This document shows, piece after piece, positions 47,276-55,939 of a stretch of 64,000 bases of DNA. The stretch's first letter is position 1. Each line of letters starts with the position of its first letter. The DNA comes from an uncultured Bdellovibrionales bacterium. Lineage in GTDB: Bacteria; Patescibacteriota; Minisyncoccia; Moranbacterales; UBA1568. Both the position numbers and the translations under genes were made by a program. Under the pieces are notes generated by a model. It was not told the DNA's origin and did not search any database. It saw nothing but the letters and a program-made list of their open reading frames with translations. The stretch covers positions 5,688-69,687 of the forward strand of contig CAZTBI010000001.1 of the NCBI GenBank assembly GCA_964612055.1. The letters are read 5' to 3'.

Positions 47276-48484
47276 ATGAAGTTTGTTTTCAAGGCAAAAA
47301 ATAGTCAGGGCAAGGTACGCGAAGGCATGGTAGAGTCTCTCAATGCTGAGTCGGCCGCTACCATATTGGAACGCAACAACCTAGTGCCGATTTCGATAGT
47401 CGAAGAAAAGCAGGTGCCAACTATCGTGAAGCAAGTCCAAAAGCTGTGGGAGGGCGTAAAGCAGAAAGAGCTTATGGTGTTCTTTCAGCAGCTTTCGACG
47501 CTCATTGGGGCGCATGTACCCGTGGTTTCGGCCCTCCGCACTATTGAAGAGCAGGTAGCTAACCGCTATTTCAAGATCGTGATCAAGGAAATGGCCGATG
47601 ATGTCGAAGATGGGTTACAGTTCTCATCAGCGATCGAAAAACATGCAGACGTTTTTTCGCCACTCACTGTCAGTATGCTCCGCGCTGGGGAGGTCTCCGG
47701 AGAGCTTCAGCGGGCCATCGATGTGGTTTCTCAGAATATTGAGAAAAACTACCAGTTGAGTGCCAAGATCAAAGGTGCCTTGTACTACCCGATCTTCGTC
47801 ATCACGGTGGCTCTTATCATTGGTTTTTTGGTGGTGACCTTTATCTTGCCGAGAATTACTGTCATGATCAAGGACCTCCATGTTCCTATCCCATGGTATA
47901 CGGCAGTGCTCATTTGGGTGGGAGATTTCATGAGTGTCTATTGGTGGGCAGTACTCCTGGCGATTATCGCCATGGTAGGAGGAGTTCTGTATTATGCTCG
48001 GACTCCGGTGGGGAAGAGAGAGTGGGAGCAGCTTCTCCTCAAGATTCCGGTTGTTGGGGCACTCTCGCGCAATATCTATATCACGCGTTTTTCAGAAAAT
48101 CTTGCTGCTTTGCTTGATGGTGGCATTCCGGTAGTACGGGCTCTGACTATCGCCAGTGAAGTAGTGGGCAATAATGTCTACGAAAAAATTATTTTGAAGG
48201 CGGCTGATGAGGTGAAGTCAGGCGGTACTATGAGTACAGTCTTTCTTCGTTCCAATGAATTCCCCCCAATTGTTTCGCAGATGGTACGGATTGGTGAGGA
48301 AACAGGGTCGCTTGCTTCGGTACTGATGAGTGTTGCCAAGTTTTATAATCAGGAGGTAGAAACTATGACGCGAAGCTTGACCGCTTTGATCGAGCCAATT
48401 CTTATTGTCTTTCTGGGTATCGGTGTCGGTATACTGGTGGTTGGGGTACTGCTTCCAATTTACAATATCGCTTCGCAGTTGTAA
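47276..48484 (+). CDS. pilC: type IV pilus platform protein PilC (two T2SS-F domains)
   Basis: duplicated GspF domains, three TM. Confidence 0.85.
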   Translation: MKFVFKAKNSQGKVREGMVESLNAESAATILERNNLVPISIVEEKQVPTIVKQVQKLWEGVKQKELMVFFQQLSTLIGAHVPVVSALRTIEEQVANRYFKIVIKEMADDVEDGLQFSSAIEKHADVFSPLTVSMLRAGEVSGELQRAIDVVSQNIEKNYQLSAKIKGALYYPIFVITVALIIGFLVVTFILPRITVMIKDLHVPIPWYTAVLIWVGDFMSVYWWAVLLAIIAMVGGVLYYARTPVGKREWEQLLLKIPVVGALSRNIYITRFSENLAALLDGGIPVVRALTIASEVVGNNVYEKIILKAADEVKSGGTMSTVFLRSNEFPPIVSQMVRIGEETGSLASVLMSVAKFYNQEVETMTRSLTALIEPILIVFLGIGVGILVVGVLLPIYNIASQL

Positions 48485-48584
48485 CTGTAACGGTTGTGGT
48501 CTGAAGGGGAAATATATGTTATACTAAAAAAAGAAAAGAAGAGTAAAAATAAAAATTAAAAACAAAAAAGAAGGAGGTGAGCAT

Positions 48585-48965
48585 ATGAAAAAAACATTGA
48601 AAGGATTTACGCTGATTGAACTTTTGATCGTTATCGCCATTATTGGTATTTTGGCATCGATCGTGTTGGTAAGTTTGAGCGGTGCTCGTGTAAAGGCTCA
48701 AAAAGCAGCATTTAAAGCTGAAGTAGCTGGCGCGACTGCTGGTCTTAATATCGGGTGTGATGATGCTGATACTGTTACATTTGTAGAACCGGCTGATACT
48801 GCAACAACAGACTGGGCTGCTTTTACGGGCACTCCAAGCTGTGGAGCGGCAGGTGATGGTACGTTCTCTATCGACGCTGTGCCTTTGGCAGCTGGTGTTA
48901 TTGCGGATGGCTGTACTGGAGCAACAGTAACAGAAACAGGTGCTGATTTTACAAATTGTCCATAA
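48585..48965 (+). CDS. type IV major pilin
   Basis: AAGGAGGTGA RBS; class III signal MKKTLKG|[17 protein letters not shown]; two Cys near C-terminus. Confidence 0.8.
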   Translation: MKKTLKGFTLIELLIVIAIIGILASIVLVSLSGARVKAQKAAFKAEVAGATAGLNIGCDDADTVTFVEPADTATTDWAAFTGTPSCGAAGDGTFSIDAVPLAAGVIADGCTGATVTETGADFTNCP

Positions 48966-49002
48966 TCTCTCGTATCATTTAAATCAAAGGGAGGTGAATC
49001 TT

Positions 49003-49362
49003 ATGAAAAAAACATTAAAAGGATTTACGCTGATTGAACTCTTGATCGTTATCGCGATCATCGGTATTTTGGCGTCGATCGTGTTGGTAAGCTTGAGCAG
49101 CGCTCGAGGTAAGGCTCAGTTGGCAGCATTTAAAGCTGAAACAGCTGGTGCTGTGGCTGGACTTCTTATTGTATGTGATACAGGCAATATTACGCTCCCA
49201 AACGATACTACAACTACGAATTGGGGGGCAATAACTAACCAGAGTTGTGGTCCAACAAGAGGTGGTGGATTTAACGTTACAGCAACCCCGATTAATGCGG
49301 GTATTGTCTGTAATGCTACAGTGAGTGGTACTGGAACCACGTACGTTGGAGCAGGATGTTAG
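49003..49362 (+). CDS. type IV major pilin paralog
   Basis: AAAGGGAGGTGA RBS; N-terminal about 50 aa nearly identical to the upstream pilin, C-terminal divergent. Confidence 0.8.
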   Translation: MKKTLKGFTLIELLIVIAIIGILASIVLVSLSSARGKAQLAAFKAETAGAVAGLLIVCDTGNITLPNDTTTTNWGAITNQSCGPTRGGGFNVTATPINAGIVCNATVSGTGTTYVGAGC

Positions 49363-49380
49363 TGTCTTGCAATAAAGCTT

Positions 49381-49415
49381 TTAAAACAAGGGCGTAATGC
49401 CCTTGTTTTATCTTA
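49381..49415 (+). terminator. intrinsic terminator after pilin pair
   Basis: ACAAGGGC-GTAAT-GCCCTTGT followed by TTTATCTT. Confidence 0.7.
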
Positions 49416-49517
49416 TAGATCACGCTTCAGTACTTAATGTTCGTTGTTCAAGAGACGGGTCTATGGTATTCTAAGAGTACTAATACTCCCTTTAACGGGT
49501 AGTTTATTTTTAGTATT

Positions 49518-51191
49518 ATGACCATACCAAGGGTACTCTCCCAGAGTCTGGGAAGAATTTATCGGCTGTTCGTATCGAGTACTGCCCTTAGGTTTTTTTT
49601 TGTTTTTATTTTTTTCTGCCTCTTTTTTTCGTTTTACCTCTTTTTCTATACTTTCACCTCTACTGATGACCAATTCTTCAATGTAAGATTGGCGCAAAAA
49701 ATCAGCGTCGAGGGGCTTAGTATTCTTCAAAACTTCAATGAATTTTCTGAAGTAACTGCCCGTCCATGGGTTTTTAATATTCTTTTTTATTATCTCCTTA
49801 TTCCTTTTACGTGGTTTTATCCTCTTGAACTAGGGATTAAGGTCTTTGCTGTAACTAGCTTGGCGTTTACATTTACCGTCATCTTCTTTTTTCTTGAAAA
49901 AAATAATATTAAAAAGTCGTTTCTTTGGTTGTTATTAGCTGTTGGTTTTTTCTTTACCCCTCCTGATCTCTGGCATTTTTTAATGGCACGTGCCTTTGTA
50001 TTGGTGCCAGCTTTACTTATCCTCCTTCTCTATTTTTTACAAATAAAGAATTATGGAGCTCTTTTTTTTCTATCCTTCCTTTCTTTTTTTCTCCACACAG
50101 CAACTTTCTTTTTGCCGCTGGTAGTAGGAATAATCTTTTGCGTTTTTTCTTGGCAAAGTACAAGACGTTCAGTATTGTTTTCGTTGTTGAGTGTTGTAGG
50201 CGGAACTGCCGCAGCGCTTCTTCTTGGCGCTCTTTTTATCCCGGGTTTTCTTCCCATTGTGTGGAATTTCTGGGATTCTCTTTATAGAATTGTAGTATCT
50301 TTTCATGTATCAAGTTTCGTGCAAATTGATGAAGGAATGGAAAGTTATCCGACGACGTTGTTTGATATTTTTTCACAGCACGCGATTTTGATCGCGCTTC
50401 TTATCATGTTCACCGGTTCGTACGTAGCACGTATTTTTGAGGCGAATCGAAGAAGGGTATCTTTTGGAAATCCTGTGCAGCTCACCTTGATGGCGCTTTC
50501 CATTCTTTTTTTATTGGGATCATTTATTACTAAGCGTAACCTGGATTTTTTCTTCGTCTTTTCTAGTCTATTTCTGCTGCTGGCTCTCTCTGAATTCTTT
50601 GAAACTATAAAATTCAATGTAAAAAGAATACATATTTTTTCTTTAGGGGTGGTTATTTTCGTGGCTCTCGCCTCTCAATTGTTGGCTATTATGGATATGC
50701 TTGCTGTCTCTTCTGATTATGCAAGTATCAAAGGAGCCGCTCAATGGGCGAAAGAGCATACAGAAAAAGGCAGCGTGGTCTTCAATCCTACGATGAATTT
50801 TTTTCCAACATTTTATTTCTATAATGAGGGTCATAATAAGATGATTGTCGGTATTGAGCCGCGAGATTTTTATCAGACCAATTCAAGGAAATACTGGCTC
50901 TGGTATAACCTCTCTGCTTATGGAGTGATTTGCGGAGAGCAAAAGTGCGCTAGAGAAACTGCTTTGCGTGACGCGATGCTACAATCTTATAAAGACCAAT
51001 GGTACAAGGAAAACGGAGAAAGAGTGAGGGATCTTCTTCTGAATGAATTTTCAACGAACTTGATACTTGTAAGGCCTGATTTTATTGCTTTACAGCCATT
51101 GTTGCAAAACAGTCCTTCATTTGAAGAGGTCTACGCTACGCCGATAACGAAAACATATACTCTGTATCGTATAAAAGAAATTGATAAATAA
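49518..51191 (+). CDS. GT-C-fold-like polytopic membrane protein (ArnT/PMT/TfpW-like glycosyltransferase candidate)
   Basis: about 12-13 TM N-terminal domain plus about 130-aa soluble C-terminal domain. Confidence 0.4.
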   Translation: MTIPRVLSQSLGRIYRLFVSSTALRFFFVFIFFCLFFSFYLFFYTFTSTDDQFFNVRLAQKISVEGLSILQNFNEFSEVTARPWVFNILFYYLLIPFTWFYPLELGIKVFAVTSLAFTFTVIFFFLEKNNIKKSFLWLLLAVGFFFTPPDLWHFLMARAFVLVPALLILLLYFLQIKNYGALFFLSFLSFFLHTATFFLPLVVGIIFCVFSWQSTRRSVLFSLLSVVGGTAAALLLGALFIPGFLPIVWNFWDSLYRIVVSFHVSSFVQIDEGMESYPTTLFDIFSQHAILIALLIMFTGSYVARIFEANRRRVSFGNPVQLTLMALSILFLLGSFITKRNLDFFFVFSSLFLLLALSEFFETIKFNVKRIHIFSLGVVIFVALASQLLAIMDMLAVSSDYASIKGAAQWAKEHTEKGSVVFNPTMNFFPTFYFYNEGHNKMIVGIEPRDFYQTNSRKYWLWYNLSAYGVICGEQKCARETALRDAMLQSYKDQWYKENGERVRDLLLNEFSTNLILVRPDFIALQPLLQNSPSFEEVYATPITKTYTLYRIKEIDK

Positions 51192-51194
51192 TGT

Positions 51195-52235
51195 ATGGAT
51201 TCTCAGTTACGTATTATCGTGATTGGAGGTGGATGGGTAACCGAGAATAGGCATTTGCCTGCTTTAAGAAAAGAGAGGCGTATCTTGCTTCAGTCTGTAA
51301 TAAGCAAGAATGTCGATCGGGCTGAATTTCTCAAAAAGAAATTTTCTGCCAAGACATATTTTGGCGGGGATGGAGTGGATTTCTCACAGGTACTCCAAGG
51401 TTGTGATGCGGTAGTGATAGGATCGGACCCATTTTCTCATTATGAAATTGCCAAACAAGCCATTGCTTTAGGTAAGCATGTTTTAATGGAAAAACCGCTG
51501 ACGTTGTCGGTGGTAGAGTCGGCCGAATTGGTAGGGTTAGCTAAAGAGAAAAAGATACGTTTTGCGGTGGTGCATAATTTCCAGTTTTCCCAATCAGCCT
51601 CTGCTCTGAAAGAAGATATAGAGAAGGGCAAACTCGGAGAGATCCGGTCTTTGGAGGCAAAGCAATATAGTAACGAGAAAAGAAGACTGCCAGTTTGGTA
51701 TGAGGATTTGCCCTGGGGTCTTTTTTATGATGAATCGCCGCATCTTTTGTATCTTCTTGAGATGGTAGGAGGAAAACAAAGCCTTCAACATTCTCAGGTG
51801 CTGTTTCGATCAGGGGTCACTACGCCTGTGTTGGTGGAAGGTCTTTTAATAGGTGAAACAGGAATACCTTCGGTGCTGAGTATGAACTTTTCTGCTTCAC
51901 TTTCTGAATGGTTCCTTATTGTTCATGGATCAAAACGCACCGGTATACTTGATATTTTCCGGGATACTTACTTTTCTCTCCCAAATGACGGTAAACACAC
52001 GCCCAAGGATATTTTCCGGACTTCATGGCTCGTCTTTTTTGGGCATTTTACGGGAGTTGTAAAAAGTGGAATCAAGGTATTGAGAGGGGGCTATCTTTGC
52101 GGTAATGAAGAAGTGGTCAAGAGATTTGTTGATGCTGTTTTGGATAACAGGCCGCTGGGGACTCTGGATGCTGAAAACGGACTGCGGATAAACGCTTTGC
52201 AACATGAAATAATGGAGCGCTCATTTCATCTATAG
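51195..52235 (+). CDS. Gfo/Idh/MocA family NAD(P)-dependent oxidoreductase
   Basis: Rossmann IVIGGGWVTENRHLPAL and EKP motif. Confidence 0.8.
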   Translation: MDSQLRIIVIGGGWVTENRHLPALRKERRILLQSVISKNVDRAEFLKKKFSAKTYFGGDGVDFSQVLQGCDAVVIGSDPFSHYEIAKQAIALGKHVLMEKPLTLSVVESAELVGLAKEKKIRFAVVHNFQFSQSASALKEDIEKGKLGEIRSLEAKQYSNEKRRLPVWYEDLPWGLFYDESPHLLYLLEMVGGKQSLQHSQVLFRSGVTTPVLVEGLLIGETGIPSVLSMNFSASLSEWFLIVHGSKRTGILDIFRDTYFSLPNDGKHTPKDIFRTSWLVFFGHFTGVVKSGIKVLRGGYLCGNEEVVKRFVDAVLDNRPLGTLDAENGLRINALQHEIMERSFHL

Positions 52236-53380
52236 TGTCTATGCTTGCAACGAAAAAGAAGGTGTTGGTAGTGGCTACTCATTTTCCTCCCCACACAGGG
52301 GGAGTAGAAAAATACACCCTCGACTTTTTTTCAGTATTAGGACAGGAATATCGAAATCTCGACATCAGTATTCTTTCCCTGCAAACCGCCAAAGCACCAA
52401 AGCGTGAAAGGATAGGGGTGCTAAATGTGGTGAGGGTTCCATGTTTTGGATCAGATATTAATCCATTTTTTTCTCCTAAAAAAGTCCAGGGAGCTTTAGA
52501 GGACATGGATTTTTCTTCTTTCGATCTCGTCATTACCCAATGCCGGTATTATCTTTTCACTGGATACATGGTCTTTACAGCGCGGCGTAAAGGAATGCCT
52601 GTGTTGCACATCGAGCATAATGCCGGATACATGCTTCACAAGAACCCCCTCATTACTTTGATAGCGAGACTGTACGATGTTTTTATTGGTAGAAAAGTTT
52701 TGAGTAAGGCGACGTCTATTGTTGCGATTTCTGAGAGCGTGAAAAAATTTCTTAAAGAAAATTTCAAGATAACGGGTGCTATTGAAGTGATTCCTGGCGG
52801 CATACAGACAAAAGAGTGGGTCGGTTCAGAATCTCTTTCTGATACAAAAACGTTTGTGTATTGCGGAAGGCTTATTCGTGAAAAGGGCGTTTCGATCCTT
52901 TTGGAAGCATTCGAAATGTTGCAAAATAAGTATCCGGAAACTTCTCTCAAGATTCTGGGAGATGGTCCTGAGATGGGGCTTCTAAAAAGACAAGTTTTAG
53001 AAAAAAAATTGGAGAAACGGGTGGAGTTCTTTGGTGTAGTATCAAGCGATTTTATAAAGAATCTTTATAAAATAAAACCCGTCTTTGTCAATCCTTCATT
53101 CTATGCAGAAGGTTTTCAAATCGCTCTCTTAGAAGCAGTAGCGAGTGGATTACCGATTATTACTACTTCAGTCGGCGGGGCAGGGGAATTGCTCGAAGCA
53201 AATAGGAGTGCCCTTTTTGTTGTTTCTCGGGATAAAAAATCTCTTTTTTATGCCATGGAAGAGTATTTGCTTTTTCCACAAAAAGCAGATACGTATAGCT
53301 CTGTCGCTTCACGGAAGGTGAAGGAATATTTTTCGCAAGAGAAAATGGTTGAAAAGTTCTACCGATATGTTTTTTCATAG
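52235..53380 (+). CDS. family-4 glycosyltransferase (GT-B)
   Basis: EGFQIALLEAVASGLPIITTSVGG (E-X7-E motif). Confidence 0.8.
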   Translation: MSMLATKKKVLVVATHFPPHTGGVEKYTLDFFSVLGQEYRNLDISILSLQTAKAPKRERIGVLNVVRVPCFGSDINPFFSPKKVQGALEDMDFSSFDLVITQCRYYLFTGYMVFTARRKGMPVLHIEHNAGYMLHKNPLITLIARLYDVFIGRKVLSKATSIVAISESVKKFLKENFKITGAIEVIPGGIQTKEWVGSESLSDTKTFVYCGRLIREKGVSILLEAFEMLQNKYPETSLKILGDGPEMGLLKRQVLEKKLEKRVEFFGVVSSDFIKNLYKIKPVFVNPSFYAEGFQIALLEAVASGLPIITTSVGGAGELLEANRSALFVVSRDKKSLFYAMEEYLLFPQKADTYSSVASRKVKEYFSQEKMVEKFYRYVFS

Positions 53381-53756
53381 AAATCTTCAATTTTTTCGTT
53401 TTGTTGTAATCGGAGGTTTTTCTTATGGATTAAGTCTTCTCTTTTTGATATTTTTGATAGAAATTCTTGCCCTTCCTTACCTTGTAGCAACAGCACTTGT
53501 CTTTTTTGGTATCAACGGTTTAAGCTTTTTTATGAATAAGAGGTATACTTTTTTATTAACAGGGGGTCTTTTCCAAACAGAGCTTCTTCGATATTATGGA
53601 ATCATGCTTCTCAGCTTGATTCTGAATTTGGCTGGAATGTATATGTTGGTAGGGATTCTGCAGTTTTCTATAGTCGTAGCGAGTATAATTGTGTCAGGCG
53701 TTCTTTTATTTTTTAACTATTTTTTTCATAAAAATTTTACTTTTCGTACCAAATAA
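53367..53756 (+). CDS. GtrA family protein
   Basis: four TM; FFRFVVIGGFSYGLSL; overlaps the GT4 stop. Confidence 0.6.
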   Translation: MFFHRNLQFFRFVVIGGFSYGLSLLFLIFLIEILALPYLVATALVFFGINGLSFFMNKRYTFLLTGGLFQTELLRYYGIMLLSLILNLAGMYMLVGILQFSIVVASIIVSGVLLFFNYFFHKNFTFRTK

Positions 53757-53760
53757 TTTT

Positions 53761-54510
53761 ATGGCTCAGTACGATATTTTCTTTCAGAACGAACATCCAA
53801 AAATAGCTCAGAGATTTTTAACCTGGCTGAATTTTTCTTTGTTTCAGTTTCTTAAAAGGAACATTGTTTCTAAAGAAGCAAGCAAGGTGCGTATCTTGGA
53901 GATCGGTCCTGGGAAAGGATACTTTTACCAAGCAATATCGAAAGCAAAAAATGTTTCTTATGTGGCATGTGACCGAAACATTTCTTTCCGTCAATCTTTT
54001 CCAGAAGCTGAATTTTACCTTGCTACAGCGCCTTCCTTTCCTGAAAACATCGGTACTTTCGACATGATTTACGCATCTTATGTAGTGGAGCATCTGAGTG
54101 ATGGATTGGCTGTGGCAGAACTTCTCCGCGGTTGTCTGAAACACCTCAATCCTGGTGGGATTGTAGTTATAACTTGTCCAAATGCTTTGGCGCAGAAGTT
54201 TGAATTTTGGAATATGGATTATACCCATCGATATCCTACAACCGCACGAAATATACACATGGCTTTTTTAGAAGCCGGATTTTCTAGCACGGAGATATAT
54301 GAAATATCTGGATTGTTGACGTTCCCAGGCTTTACTTTCAGGCCATTTCAGTGGTGTCTCAAAGTGGTATTGTTTTTTTATCGTTACAGAGTGATGCATT
54401 TTTTCTTTGGCTGGATTTTGAAAAAGAAATTATACGAATTGAATAACTCTTTCTACCGATTATATTGTCTAGTAAAGCAGGAAAATTTACTGTGTATTGG
54501 TAAGAAATAA
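53761..54510 (+). CDS. class I SAM-dependent methyltransferase
   Basis: motif I LEIGPGKGY; ATG 53761 follows the GtrA stop. Confidence 0.7.
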   Translation: MAQYDIFFQNEHPKIAQRFLTWLNFSLFQFLKRNIVSKEASKVRILEIGPGKGYFYQAISKAKNVSYVACDRNISFRQSFPEAEFYLATAPSFPENIGTFDMIYASYVVEHLSDGLAVAELLRGCLKHLNPGGIVVITCPNALAQKFEFWNMDYTHRYPTTARNIHMAFLEAGFSSTEIYEISGLLTFPGFTFRPFQWCLKVVLFFYRYRVMHFFFGWILKKKLYELNNSFYRLYCLVKQENLLCIGKK

Positions 54511-54514
54511 AACT

Positions 54515-55660
54515 ATGACAGAAGTTTCTGTTGTTATTCCTTGCTTGAATGAGGCAAAAACTTTGCCTATCGTTATTGATATGGCCAAAAGCGGCCTGTC
54601 GAAAGTTTCGCTTTCTGGAGAAATAATGATCGCTGATAACGGTTCAGATGATGGTTCTCAGGTTTTGGCGGAATCACTTGGTGCCCGGGTGGTTCCTGTG
54701 AAGAACAGGGGGTATGGCAATGCTCTTGCCACGGGAATTCTTGCTGCAGAAGGAAAGTATATTATCTTTGCTGATGCCGATGGTTCATATGACTTCAGTC
54801 AGCTTCCTGTCTTTATTGAGGCTTTACGAAAGGGCGCCGATCTTGTTATTGGCAATCGCTTTGCAAGGAAGATGGAGAGAGGTGCTATGCCAGCGCTTCA
54901 TCGTTATCTTGGAACTCCTGTGCTTACTGCGCTTATCAATTTCTTTTTCAAAACAAAAATCTCTGATTGTAATTGTGGCATGCGGGGGATAAAAAAAGAG
55001 TCTTTTGAAAAAATGCAGATTCTTTCGACAGGCATGGAATTTGCTTCAGAAATGGTTATTAAGGCTGGATTACTCGGTATGAAAGTGGTAGAGGCACCGA
55101 TTTATTTTATGAAAGATAAAAGAGATAGAGAACCTCATCTGCGTACTTGGCATGATGGGTGGAGGCATCTGCGTCTCATTCTTATCTACGCCCCTAACTA
55201 CCTATTTATTTATCCAGGAAGCATCCTTTTTATTTCGGGAAGCATCCTACTTTTTATGCAGCTTTTTGGGCCGGTGATTATCGGACCGATGTATATGGAT
55301 CTTCATTTTATGATTCTTGGGCTTATGCTGAGTGTTCTAGGTCTTTCTATTTTTCTTATGGGAGCTACTATCAAGCAATTTTCTTATCAACACGACTACT
55401 ATTTGGAGGATTTTACCGTCACTTTTTTTGAAAGAAGTTCTTTTGAAAAGAAGCTTGTTCCAGGAACTCTTTTTTTCGCTATCGGGACAGGGTTGGCCGT
55501 GGGGATCTTTATTCGTTGGATTGGCGGTCATTTTGCCAATCCTAACATGCTGCGAGGAGCACTTTTTAGTCTCTACTTTATGTCTACTGGTTTGCTTGTT
55601 TCCCTTTTCTCTTTTCTTGAGCTTGTGATGAGAATACAGAACAAAGAAAAAAATAAATGA
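54515..55660 (+). CDS. polyprenyl-phosphate sugar synthase-like GT2 (DPM1/ArnC-like) with C-terminal TM domain
   Basis: VVIPCLNE, DNGSDDGS, D-x-D and four C-terminal TM helices. Confidence 0.8.
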   Translation: MTEVSVVIPCLNEAKTLPIVIDMAKSGLSKVSLSGEIMIADNGSDDGSQVLAESLGARVVPVKNRGYGNALATGILAAEGKYIIFADADGSYDFSQLPVFIEALRKGADLVIGNRFARKMERGAMPALHRYLGTPVLTALINFFFKTKISDCNCGMRGIKKESFEKMQILSTGMEFASEMVIKAGLLGMKVVEAPIYFMKDKRDREPHLRTWHDGWRHLRLILIYAPNYLFIYPGSILFISGSILLFMQLFGPVIIGPMYMDLHFMILGLMLSVLGLSIFLMGATIKQFSYQHDYYLEDFTVTFFERSSFEKKLVPGTLFFAIGTGLAVGIFIRWIGGHFANPNMLRGALFSLYFMSTGLLVSLFSFLELVMRIQNKEKNK

Positions 55661-55939
55661 TTTTTTCTTTGTTGCCGCTGGGGCCCTGCTCTAGGAGTCG
55701 CGTGCCTACAGAACATTGTTGATTTCGGTCTCCCTAGGGATTTCGAACCTAATCGGAACCGATCTTTTTAGAGGCTTCTTGGTGCAGGTGATAGCCATTT
55801 GGCGCTTTTTTTTCTAATGTTGGCAATACGCATCTGTGGTAACGGTATTTTGAACGTAACCGAGCTTTCTTTTGGATTTTTCTTAGTATATACTATGGAT
55901 GTATTTTATCTTTTTTAACCAATAACCTTTCAGAACGGT

